Source: Haplodiscus bocki
Lineage: Eukaryota
Assembly (NCBI GenBank): GCA_965655095.1
Contig: OZ296658.1
Span: 75,020,001 to 75,084,000 of the forward strand
Direction of reading: 5' to 3'
DNA length: 64,000 nt
In this document: piece after piece, positions 48,701 through 63,300 of the stretch
Position numbering within the stretch: position 1 is the first letter of the stretch
Layout of the letters: each line of letters begins with the position of its first letter
The notes under the pieces: generated by a model
Database searches by the model: none
What the model was told of the DNA's origin: nothing
What the model saw: the letters and a program-made list of their open reading frames with translations, nothing else
Program-made: the position numbers and the translations under genes

Positions 48701-51700
48701 GTTCAGGTCTTCGTGGATATTGGACGATAGCAATTTATGAAAAATCAAGAAATCTTGAATTAGCTCATTTGAAATGGAACTTTCTGAGCACTTTAACTGG
48801 TCAGGGCGTCTTCATCTGTGAATCTCATGACGTTCCTTTGACAAGAGACTTCAGAAAGAGCAGTTTTCGTTGTAGATGCACCCGCGCTTCTTTTTTGCGG
48901 TGCCCTTATTTCCAATGTAACAGTTGCGTATGCAAGAGTCACTTCAACGAAGGTCTACAGAGTCCAAATAGGCGTGTTCTTGTTGATCCAATGCCGATGT
49001 TGGAAAAGAGGGGAAATACGCAATTCTCACCTGTTAATTCAGAGTCGTCTACCATGCAGATTGTATCAGAAACATCATCTATTGTAGAGTCTATCGAATC
49101 AAGCGAGCCTGATGCAGCAGCAATTGCGTTTGGTAGGGTGTCCAACAACAATTTTTCTGTTGTTGGGGATTTTTCTTTGGAAGTTGACAACCATGAACCT
49201 CTTGAAGACAGCATGAATGTATTGGCTAGTCTCCAAACTTGCCCTGATAAGGAAGCTCTTTTCATTGATCCACATCGAAATGAAGATCTTTTCAAACTGC
49301 CGCTTCACATTCTGCTCAATTCTCAATGCAACCTTTTGTACCGGCATAAAGGGAGTCCAATCAGTTTGTCGCTGAAAAAAAACGTTTCTTAGAAAATATT
49401 GCAGCAACTTCCACGACAGCGCTGCCTCTAATTCAACCAGAAGCTCTTTTGTTTCCATCAATTTTTTGGTGTCGAGCTAACAACGGTAGTTTTCATGGAG
49501 CAATACCAGCCGCGCTTTACAACAACTCCAAGTACAACAGACAACTGGGTTTTGCTGGTTTGGAAGACATGCTTCGTACGAGAATCAAAGATGGTTCGCT
49601 GTTGACATCATGCAATCCAACTTATTTGCAGTATGTGTTTGACAGCCTTTTGAACATGCAGCTTCACAAAACTGATGTGAGATTGGTTTTAAATCGGGGA
49701 TGGCAGGAAGTTAGTTCTGGCCCTACAAATTGTTCATTTGTTTCAACGCAAACGTTCAAGTTTGACTGTGCGGAAAGTCGTAAAAATGTTTGCGAACTCG
49801 CAGCTTTAATTCGAGATAAAAATCCAACGTACTTTTTGACATATACTTGCAGCCAATCGACCCATCCTGGCGTTAGAAAAGTTTTTCAAGCACTCTATGA
49901 AATGTACCCACCAGAAACTACAAAAAACGAACTGCTTTCTGCAGCCATTCAAGCAGAATTAATGCCGATGCTCAGGTGTTGGTATAGAGCTTCACAATAC
50001 GTAATGGAGTGGGTGAAAAAGTCGCCAGAAAGACCACTGGGACCAGTATCCCACATTTGGATGCGGTATGAATGGCAGGAGAAACAGCTGCGTTCCCTCA
50101 TTTGCTTGTGATACTTTGTACTCCAGAAGACAAGTTTTCTAATGAGTTGAGATCTCGAGTTTGCTGTTCAAAAGAAACTTTTTTGGGTGCATTAGAAAGC
50201 AGTTGCCCTCAATTAACGAACAACGAAAGGTTGCATCTGGGTGAGTTATTCCAAAAGTATCAAATTCATAACTGTACCAAAGGGCGTCAGCGGTGCCATA
50301 AAAAAACAGATCGTCTCAATCTGCCAATTTGTCGTGTGCCAAGATATCCACCATCGAATGCATTTTCGTTCAAAGAAGTTCCCATTAACTTCTCTTCTGA
50401 AACAATGGACTTTTTACAAGCCATGGACTTAGCAGACATTGACGTTAACACGTTGTTGCTGAAGGTCAAAAACCCTCTAATTGCCGGAAAGCATCACTAT
50501 CCCACTGTGTCTAACGATTATTTCTCGCCAACCAATGCAGCTTTGTTTGCACTGACACAATCAAGCACTAACGTTCAAATTTGCGACGATTACATGGCAC
50601 CCCGTTACGTTGCGAAGTATGCAGCGGGCATTGAATCTCGAGCAGCAGCCACAATTGTTGCAGGTCAGACAGAGAACAGTGTGAAGTTTCTGACAGAACC
50701 GATAGAACATGAGAAGATAGCAGGTGTTCGAGCTTGTTTGAAAAATTTGCGCCAGGAAGAGAAACGACAATCAGTAAAAGGTCGTATTGTCAGTATTACT
50801 GAATGTCTTTGGTGGTGCTTACAACTTCCTTACGTCTGCACAAATGTTGACTTTGTACATGTGCCTACAGTTCCCAAAGAATATCGTTCAGGAATTGTAA
50901 TTGAGAAACGTTTTCACAAGTCTCCGAATTTCAGTGCCACTTTCACTGATGGAGTACGTGTGCGGAAAGAATTGTTGGAACTCCCAAAACTTCGACAATT
51001 TACAAAAAGTCAAACCCTCCTCCTAGCAGATGTTGAAAACAGTTTCATTTCTCCTGACAAGGTAACTGTTTTTGGACTGAGGCCGGCGGAACTTTTGTTC
51101 GTATCCCAGTTAAAAGACTACTTCAGCTAGTTTGTGCGGTGGAAACCCAGAAGAACAAACTGCCTTAGCAATCACGAGAAGTTCTTGAAAAAAAGTTTAC
51201 GTAAAAGCTGCTGGGTTGATGCACTTGGATATTTGGTTAAACTGCGCCCATCTGCTGTTAACTCTTTCGTAAGTCTCTGTCAAGAAAAGTTTGGTGAAGA
51301 ACGGAATCAGTTCCTGAAACGCGAAATGAGGAAACACATTGTTCCCATTCTTGAAAACAAGAACAGTTCTCAGTTCGTTGCTCATTGGAAAAACTTGTCA
51401 GAAGAAGAGGCCGTTGTTGTTCTCAGCAACACTCTACCGAATAACCCAACAAAATTTTTACTTCATCTGTTACTGACCGTCGGGAAACTTGACACTGAGT
51501 TGGACATCTTGAACGTCCAAAGTTTCGAAGAAGCTTTCATAAAAGCGGGTATTTTGCTAAACTCAACCGTCACTGATGGCGAAGTGAAAGAAATAGCTAA
51601 AATGTATTTGCTGGAACAGCTTCGCTTCACTCCAGGGTCATCTAAATTGATTGACACTTACTTGGTAATGGCCCATAGTGTCATATCGGAGGCACTGTTA

Positions 51701-53818
51701 AAAAATAATCTATTTTTTGCTGCTGCTTTACCACCTGTTCTCGACAAAAGCGTCCTGGAGGAATGCGAAGAAACAGTCACAATTCAACTGGCTATGGAAA
51801 AGTGTAAAATGATAGCTTTCCTTCAGACATGTCAGACTGAATTACCTGCAGAGCAAACGATGATTGACGCCTCTTTCAATACTCCAGTGCCTTGGAAGCC
51901 ACTTTTACAGAAGAACCCGGATCAAAGTAAAAACTCATATTTAGAGCAACGTCAAGTTTTGGACGAACTCATTAATTCAATAGACATGTATAAACGAGGA
52001 CATTGCACTTTCATAAGACATCAGATTGTTTTCGGTCCACCGGGAAGCGGCAAAACTTTTGTGATGCTGAAATCCCTTGCTTACGCCTTATGTCAAGGAT
52101 TGCATTGTGTGGTGACATCCATAGCAGCCGAAAGATCTGCTGCTTTAGCTGGAAAACATCTAAATGCTTTGATACCATTTCCAGTTGAAAAATGTTGCTC
52201 TGCAGAATCACTTTCGAAGAAAGCTCTGTCCAATTTACAACGATCTCCTATCAAAAGCCTAGTTTTACAGCACTTAGACGTAATTTTCGTTGAAGAACTT
52301 TCGATGATATCTAGCGAGCTTTGGGCAGCGACAGATCATGTTTTGCAAGTTGTCACGGCAAATTATGTTCCTTTCGGCGGAAAACTCGTTGTCGCAACTG
52401 GTGACTTCTTTCAACTTCCTCCGCCCTCTGGATCTTACTTGATGAGTTCCTCTTTTCCTTTAACAACCTTTGCTTTCCACAATTTGAAAAATTTCGTCCG
52501 AATGCGGAACAAGAACGGCCAGGAACTGCTATCATTGTTATCAGCAACGCCTAAAACAGATGCCAATGCAGAAAAAATTTGGAAAATTATGGAGAAAGAT
52601 TGCATTTTTGTACAATCGTGGAACGACGTGCCGAACGACAGAATTCGAATTTTTGCTACTAGACAAGCGGAACGAAAAGCAACCGAGAATAAAATCATTG
52701 AAGTTAAATGCAGCAGAACACAATTCTTTGAAAGTGCGTCCATCGACGAAATGTGCGTTTCGAGCACCGACAACTGGAGTGAGGCGTCTGCAACAGCGTC
52801 GAAGTTCCTGAACAAAAAGTGCCTTGAGCCCCAATCACTTTTTCTATACCCCGGTGCTATTGTGCGATTAACTGTCAACAAACCATCCATATCAGCATAT
52901 CAAGGTCAACTTTGCGTCCTCCTGACTTTGGATACCATTGAAAATGGTACCCTAACAGTTGCTCTTGCTCCAGCTGGTTGCAGAAAGATCCCGCCACTCT
53001 CTGTGATCAGAAACAGTTGGAGGTGTGTTGTTATTGGCAAGGAAACCGGTGTAGCCTTCCGAATAAACCATAAAACAGTGTGCAGGAGGATACAGTATCC
53101 GTTAAAGCTTTTTATTGCGTCCACCATTCACAAGACCATGGGCGAAACTCTGCCGATGGTGGCGACGCAAATAGTGGGGTCACGAGATTTTGCTTTGTGG
53201 CTTCCTGAGCAGTTGTATGTGGTTATGAGCAGGGTAAGGAGTTTGAACCATGTCACTTTTGTGGGCACGAAGGAGGAGAATAGAAGAGCAGTTTTAGACT
53301 TAGTCCGCAAAAAATCACAGTGGGCTGAGCTGACTAATGAAATTCTGACAAAAAGTTCTGCGCGCGATCCCACAGTTTATCATGCCAAAGCATCGCCTTT
53401 TCCGCCATCAACTTGTGACCTACCTACCCAAAACTTGGGTTTCTGTTACTTGCTGCTTAGTGTCCCACAAAGTCAGCTGTTGTACATTGGCTCCACTATG
53501 TCATTGGTGCGTCGTCTGAGGGAACACAATTCTGGATTAGGTTCCAAGTTCACAAAAATTACAAATCGGTTGCCCTGGAAAGTTTGTGCCTATGTAACTG
53601 GGTTCAATTCAACCAATGCCTCTCATAGAGTCCGCGTATTTGAGAAAAAATGGCTGGATGCAGCATCGAACTACGTTAATCTCAAAAAGAAAAATGTATC
53701 ACTCTTCACAGCCATCAATTTAGGTGAAGACATCGCAAAAACTTGGCCGCACAAAGAAGACGGTTTGAAACTTATCGTATGTAGTGGTGAACCCAGTGCC
53801 TGTTTAAAGCCATGGTGA
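45751..53818 (+). pseudogene. ORF1 of L4, disrupted
   Basis: TAG 47080-82, frameshifts at ~49375-49383 and ~50080, TAG 51128-30. The HUH motif is mutated to PHLLVIL and the OTU motif to LDDGNC. Confidence 0.92.
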
Positions 53819-54671
53819 TCGCAATATCCATTCTGACAAAACTGTTGAAACCATTTTCTGTTATGCACAATGTTTCTGCGTACGCGTTGGATCCCAACTG
53901 CTTCGACTGCATAGTGAAGCGTTGACAGAGTTCCCTTCCAATCTTCTATATAAATTTGCATCGACTGCACAGTGTTGCGAATTTCAGCATAGGACTACTG
54001 ACGAAAAATTTTTGGCTTGACTGACTGCTACGACTGTAGATTGTCGCATTTTGAAATGTCAGCTCGTATTGCCCCTTCAGTGCCCTTGATAATATGCACC
54101 AGATGAACAGTTTAAAATTTTTGTTCCTGTAGTTAGTTCAGCATTTTTGATTAGTTGAATTTTCTTGCTTTGTGTAGCTTTGAGTACGTATTAAACTTCA
54201 ATTGTGGAACATCTGCAACGAAAACATATTTTATTATCCTTAACTTTCTACGCGTTTTGTGGACAGATAAAAAACCGATGTAATAACGGTGTATTCGAAT
54301 GCATTGCTCACCTTTTTTTCTATGAACTTAAGTATTACTGATCGACAATCCGTGATGCATTGAACCATAAGATAAATGTAATTGTAACATAACATTTCTA
54401 TGAATTAAACTTAATGATGAAGAAGATTTGAGAACTCTGAATAATTGATGAACTTGTCATACTTTTGTTTGAAAAACAGGTTGCTTTACTTGAAGCAATA
54501 GCGCTATTTCACTGGATTAAAAGCTTCAAACCGAAATTACTTGCCTGTTGACTTTATTGAACCTTATAGGAGAATGCGTTCACAGAATCTTTAAAAAAAG
54601 GAAAAAGCATGGTTTGGAATGTTCCAATTGTTCAGTTTTCAGGCAGCTGCCACCACGTTTGATTTCAGTTT

Positions 54672-55682
54672 ATGACAACTCAAGTTAACACCTCCCAAGT
54701 AACAGCACCAAATTTTTTGCGTCGAAGCGAAAATACGTTCGTCCGAGGTATCGTTCTAGTTATTAAGAAATACGACAAACCTTTGCAGTTGTTTAGACCG
54801 CAAAATATCGAAAACAAGAGAGGTGCCCGCGATACCAGCTATGATCGATTAGTCATACTAGGCGCGATCAATTCGAAAGAATGCTTTGATGTGATTGCGG
54901 AGTCTGCACAGAAAAGCTATTTCTTGTTCGGACACACTCTGTTAACAGTAGGGTCAATTGTGGACGTAAAAGAACCTGTATTCTCGAACTCTTGTCTCGG
55001 CAATGACCGCAGTAATCCAATTTTCCTTGTCTTTCTTCCTTTGGAAGTCGTGGTTAACAATATTCCATTGTTGCCAATTCCCATAGATCTCCATCCATCA
55101 ACGACAGCAATGTTTCACTTTTGCTTGCCAAACAGACACTTCACCTTCTTACAAGCAAGTGCTGTGGCTCCAACTTGCTCAGGCTTCATGTCTGACAGAC
55201 AAGAAAAACGATTTGACTCTGTATTCCCCTGTATACAGAAATCTCCTGTTTCCGCTTGGGTAATGTGCGCCCGAATTATCAGTCGTGACATCGAAAATGA
55301 AGACGAAGACTCCCTCACGGGAGAAATAATACAAAATCTTAACCTGGCAAAAATGTTTTGCAGCGAAGCAATTATTAGAACTTCATATGCATCAATCAAT
55401 TCACAACAACTGCGGAATGCTGTTAACCAGGTGTTCCAATTTGTAAATGAGAATGGAGGGTGGCACGAATGTGGATTTTACAAAAGTGGATCCGCAGACG
55501 AAAATCTTGCACAAAACGTACAACGTGTCCGCATTTGCAAAATTACGCCTGCCGTTGAAGTGCCTGTTAAATTGAAGTACAACATTGTGCCATGCAACGC
55601 CAATATTGGCAATGAACCCCCAGCTTTGCAGCATGCGAATGCTAAGGTCGGTGCTCCTAACAATCCGAACAACGTACGATAG
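54672..55682 (+). CDS. ORF2 of L4, 336 aa, open but with two Cys substitutions
   Basis: Intact frame. CSGFMSD...VFPC versus CSGFMCD...VCPC in L1-L3. Confidence 0.75.
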   Translation: MTTQVNTSQVTAPNFLRRSENTFVRGIVLVIKKYDKPLQLFRPQNIENKRGARDTSYDRLVILGAINSKECFDVIAESAQKSYFLFGHTLLTVGSIVDVKEPVFSNSCLGNDRSNPIFLVFLPLEVVVNNIPLLPIPIDLHPSTTAMFHFCLPNRHFTFLQASAVAPTCSGFMSDRQEKRFDSVFPCIQKSPVSAWVMCARIISRDIENEDEDSLTGEIIQNLNLAKMFCSEAIIRTSYASINSQQLRNAVNQVFQFVNENGGWHECGFYKSGSADENLAQNVQRVRICKITPAVEVPVKLKYNIVPCNANIGNEPPALQHANAKVGAPNNPNNVR

Positions 55683-57320
55683 GTGATGTAGACCTACTCT
55701 TCAGAGGACCGTTCTTTCTCCACCGCGTCAACTGCTTGCAGGTCTTCAAAACCAATATCTCCTTCCGCAATCGACCGCAAGGTGGTTGCTGAAAAAAACA
55801 TGCACAAAGTAACAAGTTTCGGAAAAAAGTTAATGTTGTCCTCGTTCTTTCATACCAAAGTTTGTTCTCCTGCTTTTTTCAATCTTGAAACCTATGCTTC
55901 TATTCTCTTGTTTATGATAAAGTTTAACTTTCCAGTACTTATCAGTACCTGAAGGTTAATTGTTGGTTTTTGTAGAACTGTGAACACTAATGTCAAATTA
56001 GTTGTTGTTGAACAATGGAAATTAGTTTGCAACTGCCGACGACTTCTCTCTGTAAACTTATGTCTTTCAGTAGCTTAGAACATTGTGCTAATTCGTGTTG
56101 CTTTTGAATGTGGATTGTTGATTCGTGTAGAAGTTGTGAACTTTTCATTTTATGCAATGAACTTCTTTCTTGTTATGTTAAACATTACTATCCGTTCATC
56201 ACCGAACGTTTTGAACTTTGAAACGATGTCTTGCTCTTTTATCGGGCTCAGTGCACTCTCTCAGTTTGTTGCTTGACGTTTGATACAGTGAACGCTTTGT
56301 AAAACAGGGAAAAGGAAAAGAAGCAGAAAGTGTTGTAATTTTCTCCAACAGAAGAATGGGAACAAACTTTTATACGAAATTTTAGAGAAGTTTTATTCTG
56401 AAGTCTATACAGGTTCATTTGCTTCATTTAGGTTGTTTTCACAAAGTAACAGCTGGGAACCTACTGCCTACAAATTGACAACAATGGTGCGAAACTTTTT
56501 GAGAAAGTTAAAACACTTTCGCGGGTGAAATTTTGATTCGTTCGGAAAAAAATTCTGTTTTCCTTCCCAGAAACTCATCAAACTTGACTTTGTTTGTTAA
56601 AGGAACAGCTGCTTTCAAAAAACAGCAAGCCAAAATCTCCTGCCGACGTTCGCTATGCGCCTGTTTAAGTGTCATAATCAAATTCTACGGCAAATTTTGA
56701 TTTTTTGTGTTTTTTATATTTTTTTTTTCGAAAAATTCGTCATAACCGTCATTTGTTTCGGCACTTTGGCCAAAAATTTTTTATCGTCGAAAAATTATCT
56801 TTCAAGTTATGGAGTCAATTTCACAATGGAGCCACTCCAGAGCTCAAACTATGTACTTCAATGTGGGAGCTATGACGAAATGATCGATTTTCGGCATTTT
56901 TTCCAAATTTGATCCGTCAGATCTCTACACCAATGACGAGTTGGCAGAAAATTTTTCGCATGCGTATAGGTCACGGTTATTGTGCTTCACACAAAAAGTT
57001 TCGGCCAAATGCGTACGGATACTGGTGGAGGTGGCAGAAAAAGATTGCAAAATTATGCCAAAAATAGGAATCACTCCGTCATAAGTCCTTGAACAATTGA
57101 GCTAGAATGATCTAACCTGCACCATTGTTCTTAGAATTGTAAAGTATGCCTGCATACAAAGTTTGAGCCAAATCGTATGGGTGGGAGCTGAGATCGCTAT
57201 TTCTACACCCCCGTTTCCACAGATGTAAAACACTAACTAATACGGCTCGGCAAAGGGGCCCCTCCCCCGCCTCGCAAAGGCCTGATATGGGGCAAAAACC
57301 CCTGACCACCCAGTGGAGGC

Positions 57321-60300
57321 GACGGTGAAAATTACCAGAAGGCGGGATTTTTTGCATCCAATTTTTTTGCTGCATCATTTCTGGTGATTGGTTCTTTTTT
57401 CTAAAGGGTTGTTTTTATAAAAGGAAACTGTTGTTTTTTTATTTACGATACCTTACTCCAGGCTGAAGAATAGCTCACACGACGCGGTACAACTGATACA
57501 TGGATACATGGACAGTTTGTCTCACACCGTAAGATTGCGTTTTTTCCGCAAAACGTATAGTTTTGTAGACTTTTTAAAAGTTGACAACAGCAGCAATGAA
57601 GGATGGCAAACATACTTTCTGGTCGATTTTTACACAAACTCAGGTCAAAACAGCGCTAATGTAACAAATTTTTAAAGTTGTCAGCTGCAGAAATAATATT
57701 TAACTTCACCCATTTACCCGTGACCGACTTACATAACAATGAACGTTTTCATTGGATAACCTTCCCATTTGTTTAATCCGGAATTTTTCAAAGAAATCAT
57801 TGGCTTGCAGAATGGGTGATGTACCTGAAGCATTTCTTGGTGGTCCTCCATACCGTTTTTTGTTCTTCAGAGAAACAATATTGGTGTTGCGGGCTCGTCC
57901 ACGTCATTTGGCCTTTTTCATACATGAAAAAGTACAGTTAGGTGTTCTGTACCAGAGAAATTCATGAACAAAAAGTTCCGCGCCAAAACATTTCATCCAT
58001 TATGTAACTATTTTATTCATGCACCGTTCAAAACGCATTAAATACGTTTAATGCGTCCAGAAGCAGAACAAAAGGATTAATGGTAACTAGCCATTTTCAT
58101 CATTGACTTGAGACACTTGTCTCCATTGTCTCCATCAAGTCATCGTCAGCCATAGATTATGACAAGTTAAAGGCCACTTTGATGACGTATCAGTGCTGAT
58201 AGTAGACTAAATGTGTGTCTTTCTTTTGTCAAGTGGTGAAATTCGTGCTTTGATTTTCCTGATTTTCAGCTTTTACCAACAATAAACGTGGTTAGTGAAA
58301 GGAATCGAAACAGTTTCTGAAGGTATCATGCTCAGTTAAAACGATGCTTCTTTACTATTGATGACTTTGAAGAGTGGTTTCGATTTTAAGAATTTTTTTC
58401 TTCTACAGACCGAACCAGAACTGTCGCGTTTCACAAACGTTTTTGCGTGAGGTTCTTGGAAGAGGCTATTCGGTCGGTTCCGACGCATACATAACGGAGT
58501 TTTACACTTATTCCAAAATAACTTTTGAATTTTGTGTAAAAAATTACTTGTTGTCAGATAAAATGATCAGCGAACGAGCATGTTATGGATACGTTTTATT
58601 CTTGTGAAGTTTTGTCGAGGTTTCTTTTTGGATATTGCGTTTTTATATCAAATCGTAAATTGTTTCACGTGAACTCGGCATCGCCAATTTCCAATCCCGC
58701 ATTTGAACCCTTTCATGTAGATACTTTTTCGTATGTGATAGAAACGTATGAACTGTTCATCCTGTAATTCCTGACTCACTGAAGTCTCAACTGATTTTGG
58801 TGAACAATTTTTGGCTTGTGTCGATAAATTCGGCGCATTAACTTTGGTAAATTACTTTGCTAACGTTTTCCTGGGAGAAGAGTGCTGTGTAACGCTTGTC
58901 AGAATCGCTGGCTGACTACTAATACTTTTCAATAATTTCTAAAACTAAAAGGGGGACTACGCTGTTATCATCGTACATGAAATGTTGAAATAGTTAATGG
59001 CGCATTGGAGACGTGGGAAATTGAAAAGTAAACAAAATAATCGTTACTTTTAATGTATCCCCTTGGTTGCCAACGTTGACTGGCATTAGAGGAACAATTT
59101 CTACAGGTTCAACAAAGTTGAGCATATTATTGGTTTTGCTTAGGAGGAGAACTTGCTTTCATTTACTTTTTAACCGTCTGCGGCCTAAACACCGGTCACG
59201 TAACATTTAGTGTTCGCCATTCGTTAGCTGGTGAGTTTGGTGTCAGTCATGCGGTAAACTGAAAACAAGGGATAATTTCTTAGACAAACAGACCGTTTCC
59301 GCTGTCAGTGCGGGAATGAAAGATTACGTAACGTTCTTGTTTCACGCTTTTGAAATAAGGGTTTTATCTCTTTTCAACTGAGCAGTAAAACGCTGTAACA
59401 TGATATCCTACTTTGTTAAAACAGTTCAATGTCAGTTTAATTTAAGCTAGTTTTTCATGTTCATTGCTTTAGATATATTTGCTGTTCTTATCGCCAACTA
59501 CAGGACGGTTAAGTTTCCAGCAGTAAAAAGCAAGCTTCAGATTGATTGCCATTGTAGTCAGCTTGAAGTAAAGGCAGATAATTGTGTAGTCTGTGTCATT
59601 ATAGGAAAATTCTTCATGATTTTCGGGTGCTCATTAAAAATAACGTTCGAATATATGAAAGGCAGAATAAACTTGAGTATTTTTTTGTTTTTGGTTGTGC
59701 TGTGCTGGCAGGGAAGAAAATGATGCAATTTTGCGTGTATCTGCAAAAGTTTATTTTCGTTTTTGTTTGTGTTTGCCAATTGTCACCATATTGAGTAAAT
59801 TAATGACAAAAAGTGTGTTTCTCGTGCAGTTGTGTGAATGGTCTCTGTTTCATTCCACGTCAAAAGGGGGAAGTAATTGGCTGGTACCAATTATCGCAAG
59901 TGAAAGTTTTTGGGGAATTTTGACATACGCCTCCTTCCTGTAGGAGTTTGCTGGTTTTTGTTGCAGACCAAAACTTGCGACCTGAAGCCAAAGATTTTAT
60001 ATCGGCTTCTCTTTCTTGAAGGGTTAATTTGGAAAGTAGTTTATTGCTTCTTGTAAATGTTTAGAGACTTTCATTGTGTTTTCTATGTGCTTTGCCTGTA
60101 GGACTTTTGCTATTTGATGTCGGCACGAGTGAAGCACTATATGTAAAAGGCATCTTCCCAAAGCCTTGGTTTCGCTCAGAGGCCTTCGCAAAACCAAGGC
60201 GCTTCTGTTTTTCATTATTCAATTCGCAATGGAAACTGTAACCGTTATGGAAACAGTCCTTTCCTAAAAACTTCAAAAAGGTTTGAAATGCGGAAAGGAA

Positions 60301-63300
60301 TAAATATCACAGTCTGTATGTCGAATTTATAGCAGCCTCTGGAGCTCTATTTGTCGCAAATGGGTCCTTGGCGGCTTCAATTATCTGGGGTCTGTAATTT
60401 TTTTTGTGTTTCAAATAGGTATGGTAAATTTTGACATGCTGCTTCCCTTTTTTGTGCAATCAAACCTGCAACCAAAAAGCAAAACATGAAGCGTCGCCGT
60501 TGTACTTCTTGTGGACAATTTGCTGTTGCAAGCCATGTTTGCCTGAAGGACATTGATCGAGAACTGCAATCTGATGAGCCGCTGGGCATCTTATACAAAA
60601 TTCCCGACATTTCAATCTCCGTTTCACCAGTTGCACGAAGTGAAACTCTGAACTGTCTCTCAACTTTAGGTCTAACTGATTTTTTAGTCTCTCTAGACGT
60701 TTCGATCGCAAATGACAGTATCATTTATAATTTGCGTCCGGCGCGTGTAACTGCGATTCTTGGCGATGGTAATTGCCTTTTCTCATCCTTAGCAGTTGCT
60801 CTCGGTTTGTCACAGGATTGTAGTTCAATTCTACGGAATATAATTGTTAGCAACATGATGTTCATCAACTTCCCTCCAAACAGCTTACAAACCACAATTT
60901 ACTCCGCTGATTTTCCAAACCAATACCGTGTTTTGCTTTGTACTTCGATTCAAGAGTACCTCAGTTTGTCGAAAATGGAAGAAAATGGAGTCTTCGGAAC
61001 ATGCGTTGAAATATACGCGTTTTGTCAGATTTTCCAAATGGACGTATATTTATATCATGTTCCTCTGAAATCCTGGTTGGTTTATGAATGCTCTCTGAGC
61101 ACGAATCGTCGTGGAATTTTCATTCAGCAAACCTGGAATGCAAATCACTTTGAAGTAATCAGTGAGTTGGTTTCAGTCGCAAATGAAGAAAACGCTGCAG
61201 GTTCACAAAGAATTTCCTGTCTTGGTTCCAACGCAATGCATTTCTCTTCGTCAGTTTTGGGAGAGGATATTGAATCTTTCAGGTACCCAGAAAACACAAC
61301 AGGGGTCCCACCAGCGAAAAAAGCAAAACACACTGCGGATCCATCCACCTCGAAGACATGCCTTGAAACTCACGTCACACACATTCCAAGTCAGAACTCC
61401 TGTAACGCAAAATCAGATCAAAATTTTCCGATGCTACCGTTGTCAGAAAACGCTACCAAGTCTGTTCTGAGCAGAGAAATACCCAAAATCGAGGATCTGT
61501 ACACTAACACTGCTACGGTTTCACACAGTGATGCAACAATTGAACAAACGACAGATGGTAATTCTAAGTCTGCTGACGGAGAGTTTTGCGGCAAATGCTT
61601 GCGACAATCCACGCTGCAATATCCGTTAAAGCTTACTAAGACAGAAAAGTCAGATTTTATAAACAGAATGTTTGGTAACCGAATCAAGGACGCTTTTCCC
61701 ATATTATGCAATCAATGTCTACTTTACTGTACTTCCGAACGCATCGAGTGGAGTCACGCATGGCCATCTGTTTTTTTCACGCTTTTGAGTGATGAAAAAA
61801 TGCCCAAGGAGCAGCAGTTGAATGTTTTAACGTTGTTATCTTGGGAACTGAGACAGCAATGGATGGGATGCTTGGAAAAATTTACTCCATGTGTCCAACA
61901 GTTTCTCAATGGAAAAGAAATCAATGGGAAATGTGTCGTTGACGGAACCGCTCGTTTGCATTATTTCCAGAAACTGATCAAAACTCTTCAACAAGAACAA
62001 ATAGCAGTAGCTTTGGATAAAGAACCTTACCCGAACGTTCGGTGCCCATTTGGTTGCTGGTGTTTCATTGAAGAATCCGGTTTAATCAATGCTAAACACT
62101 TTTTGAATCTATTCGACCCAGCTTTTACGTCTTTTGGAGCTTCTAGTCATTTGCATCTTAGAGGAATTAGGTCAGATTTCTTGGTTCCAACGTCATCGTT
62201 GCGGAAGTTTTTAATTGCAACAACTGTGCGTGTAGACAAAGTAGAAGGATTGGTTGTTCACGCTTGCCTCATGCACTCAAAGGGGTCGTCTGTGCAATAC
62301 CTTCATCCTCCATCACATCCTGTCCTGTCAAGAACTGCGTTAATTCACGATGAGCGTTTGAGTATGGTGGCACCAACAATTTCGTGGATAACAAATATTA
62401 AAGCAAATTTCGCCAGTCATACCTACCAGTTATTGAAAAGTGTTGGCTCTTATAGTGGAATGAGTACAGTTCAGTTGCGGCGGAGAACGCGTTGGGACAT
62501 CACCAGCGATATCTTGTACCACGCTGAAGGCCTCGCGTGCCGTTTTCGGGAAGATGTTAAAACGAAGATTTGTGAATGGGTGAAAGAAGGTAAAATCGTT
62601 GAAGATGTAGCTTTGGGGATTCTTGACTATCCTGCACAGATTGAAAACATATCAGAGTGTTTGTTGCCTGCCCTTTCTACAGATTTGGAGACTTGTGTAG
62701 AAATAGCTAAAGTTCTAGATACAAATGATAAAGACTATTTAAACAACGTGGAAGCTTTGAGTTGTTATTCCTTCGCCCACGGAACCGGCGAGTATGGTTG
62801 TTCGCCCCCTCCTCTGAATTGTAAAGGCAGCAATGTTTTTTGGCTGGTACAAGCTGCACTGTGTCTGTCACCGTTGATGTGTCGTTCTTTAGTAACATCA
62901 GGTAAGTATTCTGTGACCTTGAGGCCTTTGATATCTTCGCTGAGGAATGTTTTTATTACCTCAAAGGCAATGAAGAAAGCCAGCAATACGCTACTTCTAC
63001 GGCGCTCGGAAGAAGCAATAAACACCTTGCTAGAGAAAAACCGAACTGAAGAGCAGTTAAAAGGTGTGAAGTACTGTTGTTGCCATCTCGCCGCACAGTT
63101 TTTGGCAACCGTGTCAGAGAATTTTTGCCACATCCCCTTAACGAATCGAAAAAATATAACTTGTTATACAAATCTGCAACTTCCCGTTGAAACAACTCAC
63201 GCTATATTCACCACCAACTCCCCCAATAATTTGCGGAGCAAAAGCGAACCTCCGCTAAAGTTGGTTATCAGCGATATCGGCTATGAACTGATTGCAGTCG

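Larger units (their letters stand above)
42582..57320 (+). mobile_element. Long Helitron-like element L4 (complete, 14739 bp)
   Basis: Junction to junction. Its leader is the most divergent of the four visible leaders. Confidence 0.88.
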
